Assembly: GCA_050251945.1 (NCBI GenBank)
Contig: JBFWLW010000005.1
Coordinates: forward strand, 128,001-192,000
Length of the DNA stretch: 64,000 bases
Reading direction: 5' to 3'
From: Deferribacterales bacterium
GTDB taxonomy: Bacteria; Chrysiogenota; Deferribacteres; Deferribacterales; Geovibrionaceae
The notes below the pieces were generated by a model. The model was not told the DNA's origin, did no database searches, and saw only the letters and a list, made by a program, of their open reading frames with translations. This document shows positions 63,128 through 64,000 of the stretch, one piece after another (the stretch's first letter is position 1; every line of letters starts with the position of its first letter). A program made the translations under genes and the position numbers.

Positions 63128-64000
63128 ATGGGTATATCTTATTACCTTCTGGTGGTAGCCGGAGCTGTTATCGGAGCATTCTTAGGAATGTTCTGGCAGA
63201 AAAAAAGAAATGACGCTGAAAATCTGAAACTGAACAAAACCGCTGAAGACATTATCAGCAGAGCAAAAAGAGAGAGCGACGACATCGTAAAGGAGTCCAA
63301 ACTCGAGGCCAAAGATATTGTCAACAAAGGTAAAGCTGAAATCGAAAGAGAAGTGCGCGAAAAACGCAACGACCTGAAAGTACAGGAAAAACGCATCTTC
63401 CAGAAGGAAGAGGCAGTTGACAGAAAGATGGAATCTCTTGAAAAGAAAGAGGAATCCTTTGTACAGAAAGATGCTGAGTACGAAAGACGCCTGAAAGAGA
63501 TCGATGCGACGAAAGAACGCATCAACGAGATGAAACAGAACATCATCTTTGAAACTGAGAAGATAGCGAATATGACCAGCGAAGAAGCCAAACAGATGCT
63601 TATCGCACAGATGGTTGACGACGCGAAACTTGAAGCTGCAAGAACTCTGCGCGAGCTGGAAGAGGAGACAAAAACCGAAGCCGACAAAAAGGCGAGAAGC
63701 ATCATCTCCACTGCTATCCAGCGCTGCGCACCCGAATACATCTCGGAGATCACCGTCACTGTTGTGGCTCTGCCCTCCGACGAGATGAAAGGACGTATCA
63801 TCGGACGTGAAGGACGTAACATCCGCACGTTTGAAAGCGTTACAGGCGTTGACATCATCGTTGACGACACGCCGGAAGCGGTTATCCTCTCGTCCTATGA
63901 CCCTTTCCGCAGAGAGATAGCCAAAATGACACTGGAAAGACTGGTGTCCGACGGACGTATCCACCCTGCGCGCATTGAGGAAATTTACAACAAGGCGAAA
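63128..64000 (+). CDS. rny: Ribonuclease Y (5' part, runs off the window; not in ORF track)
   Basis: N-terminal TM, coiled coil, [21 protein letters not shown] domain, [11 protein letters not shown]. Confidence 0.95.
   Translation, partial: MGISYYLLVVAGAVIGAFLGMFWQKKRNDAENLKLNKTAEDIISRAKRESDDIVKESKLEAKDIVNKGKAEIEREVREKRNDLKVQEKRIFQKEEAVDRKMESLEKKEESFVQKDAEYERRLKEIDATKERINEMKQNIIFETEKIANMTSEEAKQMLIAQMVDDAKLEAARTLRELEEETKTEADKKARSIISTAIQRCAPEYISEITVTVVALPSDEMKGRIIGREGRNIRTFESVTGVDIIVDDTPEAVILSSYDPFRREIAKMTLERLVSDGRIHPARIEEIYNKAK

Overview
Bacterial chromosomal window of moderate GC. Gene content and order suggest an anaerobe of Deferribacterota or delta-proteobacterial type (inference, not verified). 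It is mostly housekeeping, transport and signalling genes: a GGDEF cyclase, the atpF'FHAGDC part of the ATP synthase, an MCP, RNA methyltransferases, a MarR/cyclase/tautomerase/HxlR islet, livKHMGF, lysA, a TetR-HlyD-ABC exporter, queC, a CPA2-EIIA antiporter, motAB, an ABC-F, a TetR-AcrAB-OMF pump, a hybrid kinase, a degenerate GGDEF sensor, nrdD/nrdG, dgt, and zapB-zapA-6S RNA-rarA-5-FTHF cyclo-ligase-rny. Four observations stand out. (1) A cobalamin-riboswitch-controlled class III ribonucleotide reductase is split: its glycyl-radical domain is a separate 55-aa gene missed by the ORF track, with apparent coiled-coil docking helices on both parts. (2) Divergent from it is a permease-less, apparently cytoplasmic operon of an SBP-fold protein, a Cys-rich HypB/UreG-like GTPase and an ABC ATPase, plus a 35-aa membrane sORF. 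(3) The intergenic DNA holds layered small repeats: about 15 copies of a REP-like unit, two ~124-bp ERIC-like elements with covarying stems, and IS1182-like MITE shells that duplicate hairpin targets and carry different REP doublets. (4) Several regulator operators can be read directly from the sequence. No CRISPR array, tRNA, rRNA, transposase or phage gene was seen. All family assignments come from motif recognition by eye; no database searches were run.
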